Below are positions 37,111 through 50,042 of a DNA stretch of 64,000 bases, in pieces (positions within the stretch are counted from its first letter, which is position 1; each line of letters begins with the position of its first letter). This DNA is from Podarcis pityusensis (lineage: Eukaryota), in assembly GCA_964106645.2 (NCBI GenBank), contig OZ067038.1. One strand, 5' to 3'. The notes beneath the pieces are model-generated. The model made no database searches, had not been told where the DNA came from, and saw only the letters and a program-made list of their open reading frames with translations. Position numbers and translations under genes: made by a program.

Positions 37111-37994
37111 ACGTGGTAATTGTTTTCTGTTTCCAATCTAACAAGTAACAGATATAATTAGGGTGTTCTTTTGGGGGAATATAAGTAACAGCTTACTTTT
37201 CGTAGGCACTATAAAAAAGAATACAATACTCTAAACTTCATCCTCTAGCAAAATGTTTATTGACGTTAATCCTGAAAAATGCAAACATGTCAGGTCAGTC
37301 ACAGATAGCTTACAAAATGATTACTCCAACTATTTCAATAATCCCTCTCACACACCCTATACATCTTTGAATTTTGTTACCTGGCAGTCCAAAATAAGTG
37401 GAAAAATAAAAGCATCTTCCTTCATTAATTGCATATATTTCTCTTTCCAGAGAGAGAGGGTGGGGGAGAAAAAAAAGTGGAAATACTGTTTCACTCATCC
37501 CGTAACGCTGAGCGGTGAGAAAGTTGCTCAGCACTTACTGGCGTTTGATTTCTTTTTGAAGGAGGTCATTGGAGGCTTATTGGTATTTTATGATATTCAG
37601 TTTATTTACTAATATACATGTTGAGCTTATATGGAGGCACAGCTTAAACACTCCATTAGACACCCCAAATCTACCGCTCTCACATCAGACCATTGGTGAG
37701 GCACCATCCTAACAGAGCCCAAACTCAACTCTCTGTGCCCATACACTCCCAAAGCACCCTCCCAAAGAATCCTGAGAACTGTGGCTTGTTAAGGGTGTTG
37801 GGAATTGTAACTGTGAGAAGTAAACTACAGTTCCCAGAATTCTGGGGTGGTGGTGATGTTCTTTAAATTTATGGTGTTTACACAGCCTCCAAAACCTAAA
37901 TTGCAGTCTGTCTGCTTTTGTTTCCTTCTTTCAAAAAGATACCTAGATCACACTATCCCCACTGGAGTGGAGGGACATGCTCTTTTTCAGATAT

Positions 37995-38417
37995 TATCTT
38001 GCTGTTTACAGAGCAATGCAAACTCCCTTGTTGTTGGATGGTGTGCAATTGCCTCTCAGTCAGCCCACTGAAATATACTCGGAGTCGAGAGTGGATTTCA
38101 TGCTCTTTATTCAGCTCATAGTGGTGAGGAGGACTGGAAGTTCCCCCAGAATGTCTGCTTTATATACATTATTTACACAATGGGCCCCACATGATTGGCT
38201 AATTCCAGGATTCTCTTGTAGGCCAATCAGGTTGCAGATTCACTTCCACCTGGAGCTGGATTGTGTGGCTCCTGTGGACCAATCAGACTGCTGCATTCTG
38301 GATCCTATTGTTCTAGGACCAATCAGACTGCTGCATTCTGAATCCTATTGTTCTAGGACCAATCAGACTGCTGCATTTTGGATCCTATTCAACTCAGTAC
38401 ATAACACAACTCGAACA
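37995..38417 (-). mobile_element. Solo LTR, 423 bp, with a 40-bp tandem CCAAT-box repeat
   Basis: Minus strand starts TGTTCGAGTTGTGTTATGTACTGAG; TSD GATAT (37990-37994 and 38418-38422); TATA and AATAAA on the minus strand; GGACCAATCAGACTGCTGCATT unit three times at 38276-38388. Confidence 0.82.
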
Positions 38418-39639
38418 GATATGTGGCGGTGGCTCTTTTGAAGAGAAAGTCCCAGCTCTACCAAAGTGGGAGGTCAGCTACCACCAGCAGCAGCCTGAAG
38501 AAATCCCTGAAATTGAATATATTGTTGCTGGTCACCAGCAGCTTTGACTGTCCTGGATTCAAAGACTTGTGGATCTCCAAGTGGTCCAGTCCTTGGGTCA
38601 CTGAACTAGAAGAGCCTGGAGCTGGCATGACAAAACCCAAAGAAGAAATGTCCCACACCTTCTGTTGGTCTGTTAGTGAGCAATCTGCCTAACAAAAGGA
38701 GAATGTACTTGGCAGCTTTGCCAGGACCATTATGGTATTTCTGACTCCATTAAATCTCTCTTGTCCAACTTCCCAATTTTTCCCAGAAAACTAGACTCTC
38801 TAGTGCACAATCTAGAAACAATCTAGATTCTAGAGAGTGGCTGCTCTAATTCCAAACACCCAAATAGTGGAAATAGTTTTACCTTAACAATAGAAAAGGG
38901 ACTGATGATCATATGTTTCTCTCATGCAGCTTTCTGTATCATGTTCTGTGTCTTATTAATGGATCCAGTTTTTATATTTACATATTTTTTTAAGCAAGTT
39001 CCTAACGCTCATAGAGATAAATTTGAAAATGTAATATTAAACAATGAAGATGAAGTGGCTTGTTTTTTAAAAAATAAATAAATAACGAAACACCAACCTT
39101 CACTTTTCACAATTTTTCTTGGGCTGAATCACTTCATTTCCACTTTTGAATTTAACAGCTCTCTCAAAATATGAACATTATGGAACAAATTCAAACCTGT
39201 ACACTAGAGAGTAGTAGGGATTCCATATCCCAAACCCCCAAATTCAGACAGACTGATTTGAATAATTATACAGAGTGTTTGCTAATTATGCAAATCAAGA
39301 ACAACAATTCAGATATTTTGTACCAATTGCTTTGTGTCTGTTCCTGGCAGTACCTCAAAGGCTGGCAAAGAGCCTTTAGAAGGATACCTGATCATACTGA
39401 AAGACTGGCCTCACTCATCAAATTTGCCTGACTTTCTTCTCTGAGCCTAAGAACACAGCAAAACCCATTCAGGAGAGATACAGAAGGTCAATCATATTGC
39501 TCCCTGAGAGGAAAGACAAGACCTTCCTCTCCCACCACTATTCCACATACAGAAGCCCAGAAGACTTGCACTTGAATCTTACTTCAACACTGACAATGAT
39601 TCAGCATCCTCTAGTCCACCTGAAGGCAGCAGGTTAACT

Positions 39640-40620
39640 CCACAGGTGCAGGGCAGGCTGTGTAGTGCGCATGCGCTCTCTCTGTGTCTCCTCACTGTGG
39701 CACCTAGAAGCCATCAGCATGCGACAACAGCCACACCCTGCGAAACAGCTTCAACTGGCCAGCTAAACAAGATGAGAGTAGCAGTTGAGTCTCAAACCCT
39801 CATCCAGAGGATTGAGCAGATGCAACTAATACGTGGATCCAATGGTCAAGAAAGCAGCTTCTGCTTGTGCTGTAAAGGGAAGTGAGGGGCAGGCGGGGCT
39901 CATTGACCTGGGAAGGTAGCCCATTTAGGAGAAGGAAATCTCTGATCTGCTGCCTTGTGGGACATCTTCAGGAAAAGAAAAGGCTAAGGAGTAGGTAAAG
40001 GTAAAGGGTAAAGGGACCCCTGACCATTAGGTCCAGTCATGACCGACTCTGGGGTTGCAGCGCTCATCTCGCTTTATTGGCCGAGGTAGCCAGCGTACAG
40101 CTTCCGGGTCATGTGGCCAGCATGACTAAGCCACTTCTGGCATACCAGAGCAGCGCATGGAAATGCCGTTTACCTTCCCGCCGGAGTGGTACCTATTTAT
40201 CTACTTGCACTTTGAGGTGCTTTCGAACTGCTAGGTTGGCAGGAGCAGGGACCGAGCAACAGGAGCTCACCCCGTCGTGGGGATTCGAACCACTGACCAT
40301 CTGATCAGCAAGTCCTAGGCTCTGTGGTTTAACCCAATTCGGAGTGGAGTCCCTAAGACGGTTGAGTGGCACTTGGTATGCCTCTTTCTGGCAACTCCTG
40401 CAGCCAAACTTGTGCCAAATGTATTTCTCTGCTTTCCTTTGGACCACATCAGAGAGGCCATGGGGGGGGGGGGTCCTGGTCGCTTGAGCAGCCCAAGATC
40501 TCCATACACACTGCTCAACCTTGCACCTTGAGGAGGTCACCAGTGCTACTAATGCAGCAATTTCACTTCACCCCCAGAGGCACAATCCATTGTCTCTTGA
40601 GACAGACAGATGCCAACAAC
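39640..40620 (+). mobile_element. ORF-less RTE-related non-autonomous element interrupted by a Sauria SINE
   Basis: RTE-type 5' UTR motif TAGGAGAAGGAAATCTCTGA; ends GATGCCAACAAC ((CAA)n tail); no APE/RT coding. Family assignment is from recollection and the left boundary is approximate. Confidence 0.55.
39994..40335 (-). mobile_element. Sauria SINE nested in the RTE-related element
   Basis: GGTAAAGGTAAAGGGTAAAGGGACCCCTGACCATTAGG...GGATTCGAACC...GGTTTAACCC. Confidence 0.93.
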
Positions 40621-42000
40621 TCTCCCATAGTTCAGGTTCACTGGATCGCCCTGTATTCTACTATCATGAGACAGCAAGAGGTCTATTTATCCACAACAAC
40701 ACACATATTTCCATACACTTCTGTCACATTCCTCGCCGGTTTTCTACGTGAAAAATCCCCAAATGTTGCAAACTTTCCTCACAGTGGAGTTGCTCCAGCC
40801 CGCTTCTGGTGGTCCTTTTCTGCCACCTCCTCTTCAGATATAATCATCCACACAGTCCTCCCTCCAAGGAGTGTGTGCATCTGTGCCTACTTCCCCCCTC
40901 TGGCAGTGAAACTGGGTGTAAACACTGCCTAATGCCACAGCCCTGCTCTTTAAGCCTTTTAAACAGTAGAAAAACCTTTTGGCTAACAGCAGATTCCTAG
41001 CCAAAAGGTCAGATCATGCTTTCGGTCAAAGAGCACATGTATTCACACACCCATGGACTTAAGGCAAAATGAAAACACAGTGTAACTCCGGCTAATCTTA
41101 TAATTACAAGAGGCTTTTGTCCGTGGCTGTTAAATAATAACAAGATCCAGCGTCTTAGTTCAAAATATGAAGTCACCATGTAACCAAAATAGCACACAGG
41201 GAAAAGAGATTGGATTTGCTATATACCATTTATATAAATAATATGTAAGCCTGTAGGAGTAATTCAAAGGGAAGGTGAATAGACCGCTCACACACGCTGC
41301 ATGGATATGTCAAACTAATAGCCGATGTACAACTTCCTAATGCCAACAGGGTCAAAAATGAGCTAAAGCAATAGCCTTCGGCCATTCCAGACGTGGGCCG
41401 CACATTTAATCTCATTCTACAACATGGGCTCCACGTTTACTGTATCACTCTCTTTCCTTTGCCTGTGGAAAAAGTTTGCAGCTCCCTTGCTTTTTCCAGG
41501 GGACTGGGAAAGACCTCTGCCTGGAATCTGGAGTGGAGCAGACAATATTGACCAAGATGGAACAATGGTTTGACATGGTATATCATGGTTTGACAGCTTT
41601 CTATGTAGAGAACTTGTTTTATTTTGAAGGGACAAGGGTTTGCATTGGATGAGTCGAATGAGCTTTCAATGCCATGTAGCGCTGAAGAAAGCTTTATGCA
41701 TTTTCCTCTTATCAAAAACAGAAAGCATTGCTGCATTTACATATGACGGCCCTAGTCCAACTAAGTTATGGCTTAGTTATGACTAACTCGAACTACTGAT
41801 TTCATCTAAGTGGAACAATCGTAGGATTTCACATAAAACAGCCTCTGGGGGTGTCCCCCTGCACATTCCACCTCCATGCTGTGTCTTTAAAGACTGGCCA
41901 GTGATTCTCCTTTACAAAGAAGGGCTGAGAAGGCTCATTGCCCAGCACAGCCAAAGAAAACGCAAGAAGAGGCTTGGCCCTTACTTCCCTTATGTATATA

Positions 42001-42353
42001 GGTAAAGGTAAAGGTACCCCTGACCATTAGGTCCAGTCGTGACCGACTCTGGGGTTGCGACGCTCATCTCGCTTTATTGGCCGAGGGAGCCAGCGTACAG
42101 CTTCCGGGTCATGTGGCCAGCACGACTAAGCCGCTTCTGGCGAACCAGAGCAGCGCACGGAAACGCCGTTTACCTTCCCGCCGGAGCAGTACCTATTTAT
42201 CTACTTGCACTTGACGTGCTTTCGAACTGCTAGGTTGGCAGGAGCAGGGACCGAGCAACGGGAACTCACCCCGTTGTGGGGATTCGAACCGCCGAGCTTC
42301 TGATCGGCAAGTCCTAGGCTCTGTGGTTTAACCCACAGCGCCACCCGCGTCCC
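42001..42353 (-). mobile_element. Sauria SINE, full length and young
   Basis: Complete head GGGACGCGGGTGGCGCTGTGG on the minus strand, CpGs retained; TSD TATGTATATA (41991-42000 and 42356-42365). Confidence 0.95.
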
Positions 42354-42921
42354 AATATGTATATATTTATGCATAAATAAAAGTATGTATATGCCACCCT
42401 GTTGCAGGGCAGCTTACACTAAAAAAACACATTTGAAAACAATACAGAACCATCATTAAAATGATGGGCTACCATTGCACATGCAACGCCCCTCCCTGCA
42501 ACTCAGGATCCAAGCCCATATTTGCAGCCAGGCTCTGAAGACAACAGGTAGAGGCACAAGATGTAGGCATACCCTTTTACTCCTCTCTCCTTCTTCCTAC
42601 CTTCATCAGCACTGGGGTTTGAGCTGTCCCTTCTTGTCCAAGGGATGTTATGCCCTTATTACTTTAACCAATCTCCTGCTCTTTTAAAACACATACACCG
42701 AACTCTGCATTATCTCTGGGCTGATTCACACAGCCATTATGCCACAGGTAGGTTGGCTCATTATTTTTCCATTTACAATTTCCACCCAGTGAAATAATCC
42801 CACAAAGGTTCCATCACAAATGTAACACATTGCAAAAGAGATTGTTGTGAGTGGATGGATCACAATGTGGTATTACAGAGTAGCAGGCAAGAAGAATGAA
42901 CTCATTGTGCATAATAATAAT

Positions 42922-43100
42922 AAAAAGGTAAAGGTACCCCTTCCCATACGGGCCAGTCGTGTCCGACTCTAGGGTTGTGCGCTCATCTCACTTAAGAGGC
43001 CGGGAGCCAGCGCTGTCCGAAGACACTTCCGGGTCACGTGGCCAGCGTGACGAAGCTGCTCTGGCGAGCCAGCACCAGCGCAGCACACAGAAACGCCGTT
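42922..43100 (-). mobile_element. 5'-truncated Sauria SINE, distinct subfamily
   Basis: AAAGGTAAAGGTACCCCTTCCCATACGGGCCAGTCGTGTCCGACTCTAGGG; TAATAATAAT on both sides. Confidence 0.85.
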
Positions 43101-44046
43101 TAATAATAATATATATATTTTTTTAAAAAAATCAACAACAGAAAGGCAAATTATCTCCCAATGCTTATTGGGGAAACAGGAACTAAGTAAGACCTAAATT
43201 CCAAATATCCACTTCTATTGCAGCCAACTCAGAATTTACACAGTGCCTTCACTTTAAGTGTGAAAACATAATGTTCAAACCACACATGAAGTGGTGCCAG
43301 TTGAAGAATGAACTCCCCCCCCCCCAATATTTCATATTCCTACCCTCTCTTCTAAAGCCCCAACATTGCAAAGCAGTCCATTTTTTTTACATTTTAAATA
43401 ACAGCTTTTATTTTGACTTCAAAATGTGCACTGATGCTTTGAAGCTAGACAGTCCTTTTAATGACAAGATACCGTCCTATTTCAAATGACGGTGTATTTT
43501 CTTTTTGAAGTCCTCAATTTAATCAACCCGATTCAGACCCTTATCGCAAGGAAAAGATGTTATCAGATTCAAATCGATAAAGACATGGATTGTAAACTGA
43601 TGACCTTGTAAATACCCTCCAAAAAGAATTGCTGTGTCTTTCGAGAGGGAGAGTTTAGGCAGTTTGGCATATTTCCCAATTCTCTAATTGTTCCTTTGTC
43701 TAAATAATTAATATGAATGTAAAAGGAGGACTGAACCCAAGTCACTACTATAGATACCTCTTCTCATTTTGGACCAAACTTGATATATTTGGCTATGAGA
43801 TGGGTATTTTTTTATTTAAAAAAACACATTTTAGATTAAATGGAGCGGGGGGCAGTGGAGGACAGGAGGAGACGGAGTGGGGAAATCTGCCTGACCTCCC
43901 TGCTTTCAGTTGTTTATAGGTTTCCAATAGACCTGCTGATACTAGAAAAGAGATGGGTTAAGGGGGGGGGACTGCTTTAAATAGCACTGCATGAGGAAAT
44001 AAGGTGGGGAAGAGGCTAATTTCACACTCATGGCGCCCCTGCCCCC

Positions 44047-44310
44047 TGTTATGTACTGAAGTTCTCACCCTGGGCCAGCAGGGGGATACTGTAGATAGTT
44101 TTCACTCAGGTCCACATATGCAAATAAGGAATTGAAAGTGACGTTCAGTGATTGGATAGTTACAGAAATTTGTTACAGTTGCTCTGTAGTAGAGCTCTAT
44201 ATAAGCAGGTTGGCTGAACCCTTCAGTTCAGTTCTGTTCTGGCCTGTGAATAAACAAGGGCTGCTTGAAGAATCGCTGTGTCCTCTGATATGTTTACCCA
44301 CTACTTAACA
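44047..44310 (+). mobile_element. Solo LTR, 264 bp
   Basis: TGTTATG...CTTAACA termini; TSD CCCCC; ATTGG, TATATAAG and AATAAA in U3-R order. Confidence 0.85.
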
Positions 44311-46020
44311 CCCCCACCCCTCAAACTTAAGTCAAAACGAAAAGCAAAATCCTGCCACTTTAGAGTCAAACTAGGAAATGGGTGTTAGCAAACAAGGAGA
44401 GAACACAAGGAGAGTTTGGCCCTTTGGCATGACTCTGACACAGCCACTATCAAACAGAGGGAGTTGGTGTGGCCCTTGCTACGGTATTCACTGGGCCTTG
44501 CAAATCCTAGAGTTGTAAGGGAAACAGCCATTCCATTATTTCTCCCCAACCTCTAGTATTCAAGCACAGTTATTCCCAAAATATTTGGCATTTGGCATCC
44601 ATCTGTTTGCAGTGTTTCAAATGCCCCCTTGCTGGAAGTTCTCCAGGCACTTGATAAAATGCCGGGAACTTCCAGAGGGCCTAGTAACAAATTCAGAATG
44701 CGTTCTTGGTGCAGAAGAAGAAGATGGGTTTCTGACGACAAGTACCAGCTGATTCTAAATAAGCCGTGGAAAAGGTGAATTTTAAAGCCACCACACAATT
44801 ATCCATTGCCCGAAGCAATTTGCGGAGGAAGAAGAGCATTATGACAATTTGCTATGCCTGCTCAGAATGCTGTTTAAGAAGCAGCATCGCTCTTCTCCCA
44901 GCGCCTACTGCTAAGAAAGGATAAGCTGAGGTAAGGGAAATGTGCAAGTTGGGAGATAAAACACAGGCACCACCACAGAGCTCAAGGCAGGTAAGTGAGG
45001 TAGCCAGGTGGCTTGAAAAGTGTAGCATCCTTAGTGCTTAACCACTATTCCTATTTTAGTGATGATGTTCTCAGAAAACAGTTGCTTTGGGTAAGCACTT
45101 CCCAGGCAACCCAGGGCCTCAGACAGACTTAATCCTAGACTGGCCCCCGAACTGAAACATGGATTAATGAGAGCACAACTGGATTTATAATGCCTTTTCA
45201 ACTCCAGTTTCCAGGAACAGTTGAATGAAGCAAGAGAACCACTCTGTGTGGTACTGAGAAAGAGGAAGAGGAGAATTTCCCCCTTCTGGCTGTGGGAGCA
45301 CGTAACTATCTTCTAGTATTGGTAAACACTGCAAAAGATAAGCATAAAGGAACAAACACACAACCAAAATTACAAAGTTCCTCTAAGGGACAATGACCAC
45401 AACTGTGGGGGTTGGAGGGTTGTTGTTTTTCTCCAACCAGGCATAAAAGCTGCATAACTTCTGCACGTTTTAGTACAGTAATACGTAAAGGAATCCAGTG
45501 GGGCCTTGTTAAATCTCTCTGCTGGGTAATTTAGTACAGGATCAGTCCCTCTAATAATGAACTCAGGTGGTGTGTGCTAGCAGGATTGGATAAAAAATGG
45601 GAGCACCAACAAACAACGGGAAAATGTCAGCATGTTCAAGGAACCACAAAGGTTTGCAGAAGTTGTTTAAAAAGATTCTTTTAGAAAGAACTAAAGGGGC
45701 ATTCTCCCCCCCCCCAAAAAAAAACCCCACCAGCCCACTGATTGTTGATCATGCTCATTAGCATGCTCATTAGAAGAGACTAGGGGATTGGGGCGGCTGG
45801 AAAGGAGAGAGCACTCCTGTTTTGCTATTTGTCATTCTGCAATGTTAATCTGATAGAGAAAGAGAAGTACAAGGAAAGAGGAATAATGTAGGAAAAGTTT
45901 CTTACACAACATGCTGGAAGCAAAATAAATTGCATAATATAATAGTCTTGATGCTGGATTTTAATTCTGTGCTAACAAGTAAAATTGTATGAATTCTTCT
46001 TTTGTTTTTTTAAATTGCAG

Positions 46021-46140
46021 GACTGAAGAACTGTGACCTACAAAACCAATCAGCTGTCAATCAGCTCACCAAGGTCTTGATAAATCTCATTTTTCCTGCC
46101 TGGAACTGCAAAAACAGGAGGATCATCAAGTACCTGGCAG
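46021..46140 (+). other. Candidate 120-nt exon (unknown transcript)
   Basis: Pyrimidine-rich acceptor TTTTTAAATTGCAG|, donor CAG|GTATTC; open in phase 1-1 (GLKNCDLQNQSAVNQLTKVLINLIFPAWNCKNRRIIKYLA). No recognised homology. Confidence 0.2.
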
Positions 46141-46761
46141 GTATTCATAGATGGGTTGTAGGATTGAGTTCAGCTTAGTGGATCACAAGTTGTACAGGCC
46201 AAGGCTATGGTAATCAAAGCAGATGATGTCACTGTTCTGTCCATAATTTCTGAAATATATATATTTGTTTTATCTTCCAATGGTGTTCAGTTTAGGGCAA
46301 TGGGTGGAAAGCAAGGTTCCATGAGCACCTTGGAGTGATCTACAAATGAAAATATATGCTGCACCTTAGCACAGAGCAGAACCTAGGAAAACTCATATTC
46401 AGCGTAGTACAAAATACAACCAGGGCACACAGCTTTATATATCAAGATCCAAAAGAAATTAATGATGGGCATGAACATAGGTAATGTTTGTTAACAGAGC
46501 TGGGACATTTCAAGGTAGAAGGTGCTCTTTGTAATGGAATATTTAGTTCTTGTTCTAGAACAGAAGATTTCTTTGAATGCAAATGCATTGTGCCTACTTC
46601 AAGATAATCTGGGCTCTTTCCTGTTACCCGAGGGCTATGATCAATCTTGTTTCTAAAAGACAGTGCATGGTATAATTTGTTCCAAAGCAAACGAAACACT
46701 CTAGAAATATGTTGCACAGTAACCTGCCATTCTACCATGCACTGTACTAGGAAATGAACCA

Positions 46762-46799
<38 letters not shown>

Positions 46800-47486
46800 G
46801 CACCACAATAACGCATCAGCTTTTCTTCAGGTTTGAATCCAATTTCAACAAGCTGAACATGATTGCAATTTAGTTTCAGTTCACTGAAGTAAAAAGAACA
46901 GCAAGCCTTTCTGATTCTAAAGTTGGATAAGAAATGGAAATACATCAAATTATGTGTGTAGATTTTGAGAAAGTTTGTTGCTGCTCTCAGTTGCATCCGC
47001 TACTGAAGCGAAGAAACCAGTCACAGCTCAATGACACATACAAAGAGGTCCCAGGTTAAGTCTGTCACATCTTTAGTTGAAAAGGATCCCTGGTCACAGA
47101 ACGAAGAAAGACTTTTACCTGAAGGTCTGGAGAGCCACTGTCACTCAGATGAGACAATTCAGATGAGACCCTCAGTATAAAGCAGGCTCATATCTCATTA
47201 ATATGAGGTAAGGGTCATAGCTCAGATATAGTGCAGGTGTTTTGATTGCAAAAGGTCCCAAGTTCAATCCTTGACATTTCCAACTTAAAAGAAGATGAAG
47301 AACTAGTCTGCATAGGTATGGCAGCTCCATATGTTTATAAAGAAATATGAGGAGATTCTAAATGCTCAACTCTACCTGAGCTCATTGGGAGCATGTCTAC
47401 AGTCTGTCTGTCATCTCTGGGTAAAACCATATGTGTGTAAGCAAATAACATTCACTATATTGACAAATGTAAATAGCTGCTGCAGC

Positions 47487-47523
<37 letters not shown>

Positions 47524-48353
47524 TATTCAACTTATACTCCACCCTATACCCGGAGCTCTCTACTAGCAAGTAGGATCATTTCCATGGTGTGTGCATATAA
47601 GTGGGCAGGATGAGACATCATAAATAAGTTAAGAGGCTGAAGTTCCAATCGGCACACTAACAGAGGGCCTGTCCATACATGAAATGCCATCATTTGATGC
47701 AAAAGTCCATGTCAATGTCCTCAGTTTTTCTCAGAATGCCCTGGAATGATGCTCTGACCACAGCATTCGGAGGAAAAAATGGCATCTGTGAGCCAGCAGA
47801 ATTCAAGAACTTTGCTGAAGTCACAGGCAAGAGCACCAAAATAGCAATAAAAGAAGAAATCAGCACTGGACAAGGCAAATAGAAAGCCTCCCTAACTATT
47901 TTAATGTGCACCCCCCCAAAAAAAAAGAATGGCCAAATAGGTTTTGTAAATTTGCTATGAAATACCTCTGCCTGAAGGTTCAGAGAGATGCTGCCAGTCA
48001 GAGTAGACAATACACGAGTTAGATCTAGTATGAAGCAGCTTCTTATGTTCCTCTAAGCTTCTGCTAGATCTTGCCTTCCACACCTTGCTGCCACCTAGTT
48101 GTTTTGGACTTCAGCTCCCATCATCCCTGAGCAACTGGCCATACTGCTAGGGACTGATGGGAGCTGGAGTTCGACAACATGTGATGGACATCGGGTTGGA
48201 GAAAGGTTCTCTTGATTATGGAATGAGCTTTGTTATGCAGCTGAGCTCCCGTTGAAGCAATATGTGTCATGCAGTGGAGCCAGTCCAAGATTGCTACCTC
48301 CCTGCCTCACCCCTGCTCTGGAAACAGGTTTCTGTTGCTTGCTAACTGTTGAT

Positions 48354-48845
48354 CATAGAATCATTAAGTTGTATAGTTGGAAGGGGCCCAAAGGGTCTTT
48401 TGGTCCAATCCCTGCAATGCAGGAATCTCAACTAAAGCATCAATGACAGGTGGTCATCCAATTTCTTCTTAAAAACCTCCATGGAAGGACAGTCCACCAC
48501 CTCCCAATGGAGACCATTCCACAGTTGAACAGCTCTTACTGTCAGAAAGAGTTTTCTGGTGTTTATTTGCAATCTCCTTTCTTATAACATGAATCCATTG
48601 GTTTGAGTCCTACCCTCCAGAGCAGGAAAAAACAAGTTTGCTCCATCTTCCACGTGACAGCCCTTTAGATATTTTGAAGATGGCTTTCATATCTCCTCTT
48701 AGTCTCCTCTTTTCCAGACTAAACATACCCAGCTCCTTCAACCATTCCTCATAAGGCTTGGTTTCCAGACCCTTGATCATTTTGGTCTCCCTCCTGTGCA
48801 GCACATTCCATCCAGACTGGTGCCCTAACAACTCCAGCCACAGAT
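48354..48845 (-). mobile_element. CR1 LINE 3' end
   Basis: ORF 48610-48858 reads [33 protein letters not shown]; CR1 3' tail ending ...ATTCTATG. Confidence 0.9.
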
Positions 48846-49625
48846 GAAAGAAGTTCAAGTAGGTGCAGCAGCCCAGTCATTGCATTGCTAGCTGCATTTT
48901 TAGAAAATGAAGATGACAGTGAAAGCAACAAATGAGTATCAGAAACAACAACAAAACCACAGAGACAGACCTGCCAGTTGACATCTTGATCTAAACCTCA
49001 GCCGCATCTGTTTCTGTGGCTGTTCAACAGCTGGGCAAATAAACGAAGGCACACTGTCATGATGAGATCTTGTCATCCAAGGAATTTAGGAATAATATAA
49101 CCTATGAAATTTGCACAAGGCAAACTCCAGCATTGGGCTTATTCTCAAGAGCATCTTTGCAAATGGCGGGGACCAGAAAAATTCTGCCCACAGTCTAAGC
49201 TTCCAGCTACTCCAGCTCAAGGCAAATAGTGTGTGCAAACTGTCATGTGCAGGATCTGGCCTTTGGCATGCATTCAGAAATGTCATTCTTTCAACAAAGC
49301 GTACTGAGAGACAATAAGGTGAATCTTCCCCAATTTTCCCAATCTTCCCCAATTTCCATGTTCACTGCCGGGTAACATGAAGACTAAATTCAGGATGTAA
49401 CAGATAGGTACAATTTCCTGGAACAGACAGGTGGGAAGCCCTGTACTTCTCACCTTTATATACAGATGCTATAGGTTGGTGCAGTTGTTATTCAGTGCCA
49501 TCTGCATGGCATTTTACAGGGTTTCATAAGCCACCAAGGGACTCACAGTATAAAAACAACAAGGAGTAACTGCATTGGATCCAGTGGAAATGTCGACAGA
49601 AGGGGGAGTTTGACTTTCCTGACCC

Positions 49626-50042
49626 AGAGATGGAGGAGAAATTTTATTCAGTTTGCATTTAAAGGTGAACTTAACTAATTTGCACTTTCTGGAACAATGC
49701 ACAAACCAAAACACAGCCATCCTTCATAATTCACACTTCTCCAAATTTTGCAAAGCGGTTCTCCAGCCAAATAATGTGTACCAAAATGCATATGCTGTGC
49801 ACAGGTGCATACAAATACATATATTAGTGAGAACAACCTGCAAAAATGCATTATATTAGAGAAAATTGCTTGGCAAAAAATGTATATATTTAGAGAATTC
49901 ACAGTGAAGTGCTGGTGAATTTTCATAAGGTGATTTTTGGGAGGCGGGTTGCAAACATTTGTGAACATGTGGCAAACTGAATTTAAGACTGGAAAAATGA
50001 GAAACTGCAAGAAAGCAGAATGGACCTATTTGCACATCCCTA
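49626..50042. mobile_element. Non-autonomous hAT element (family of 10814-11324)
   Basis: Collinear similarity; ends CATCCCTA; TSD CCTGACCC (49618-49625 and 50043-50050). Confidence 0.82.

Noticed and set aside
44900-45000. Strong splice donors GAG|GTAAGG and CAG|GTAAGT (also TGC|GTAAGT at 14780)
   Set aside because: Upstream frames are short or closed and cannot be linked into a gene model.
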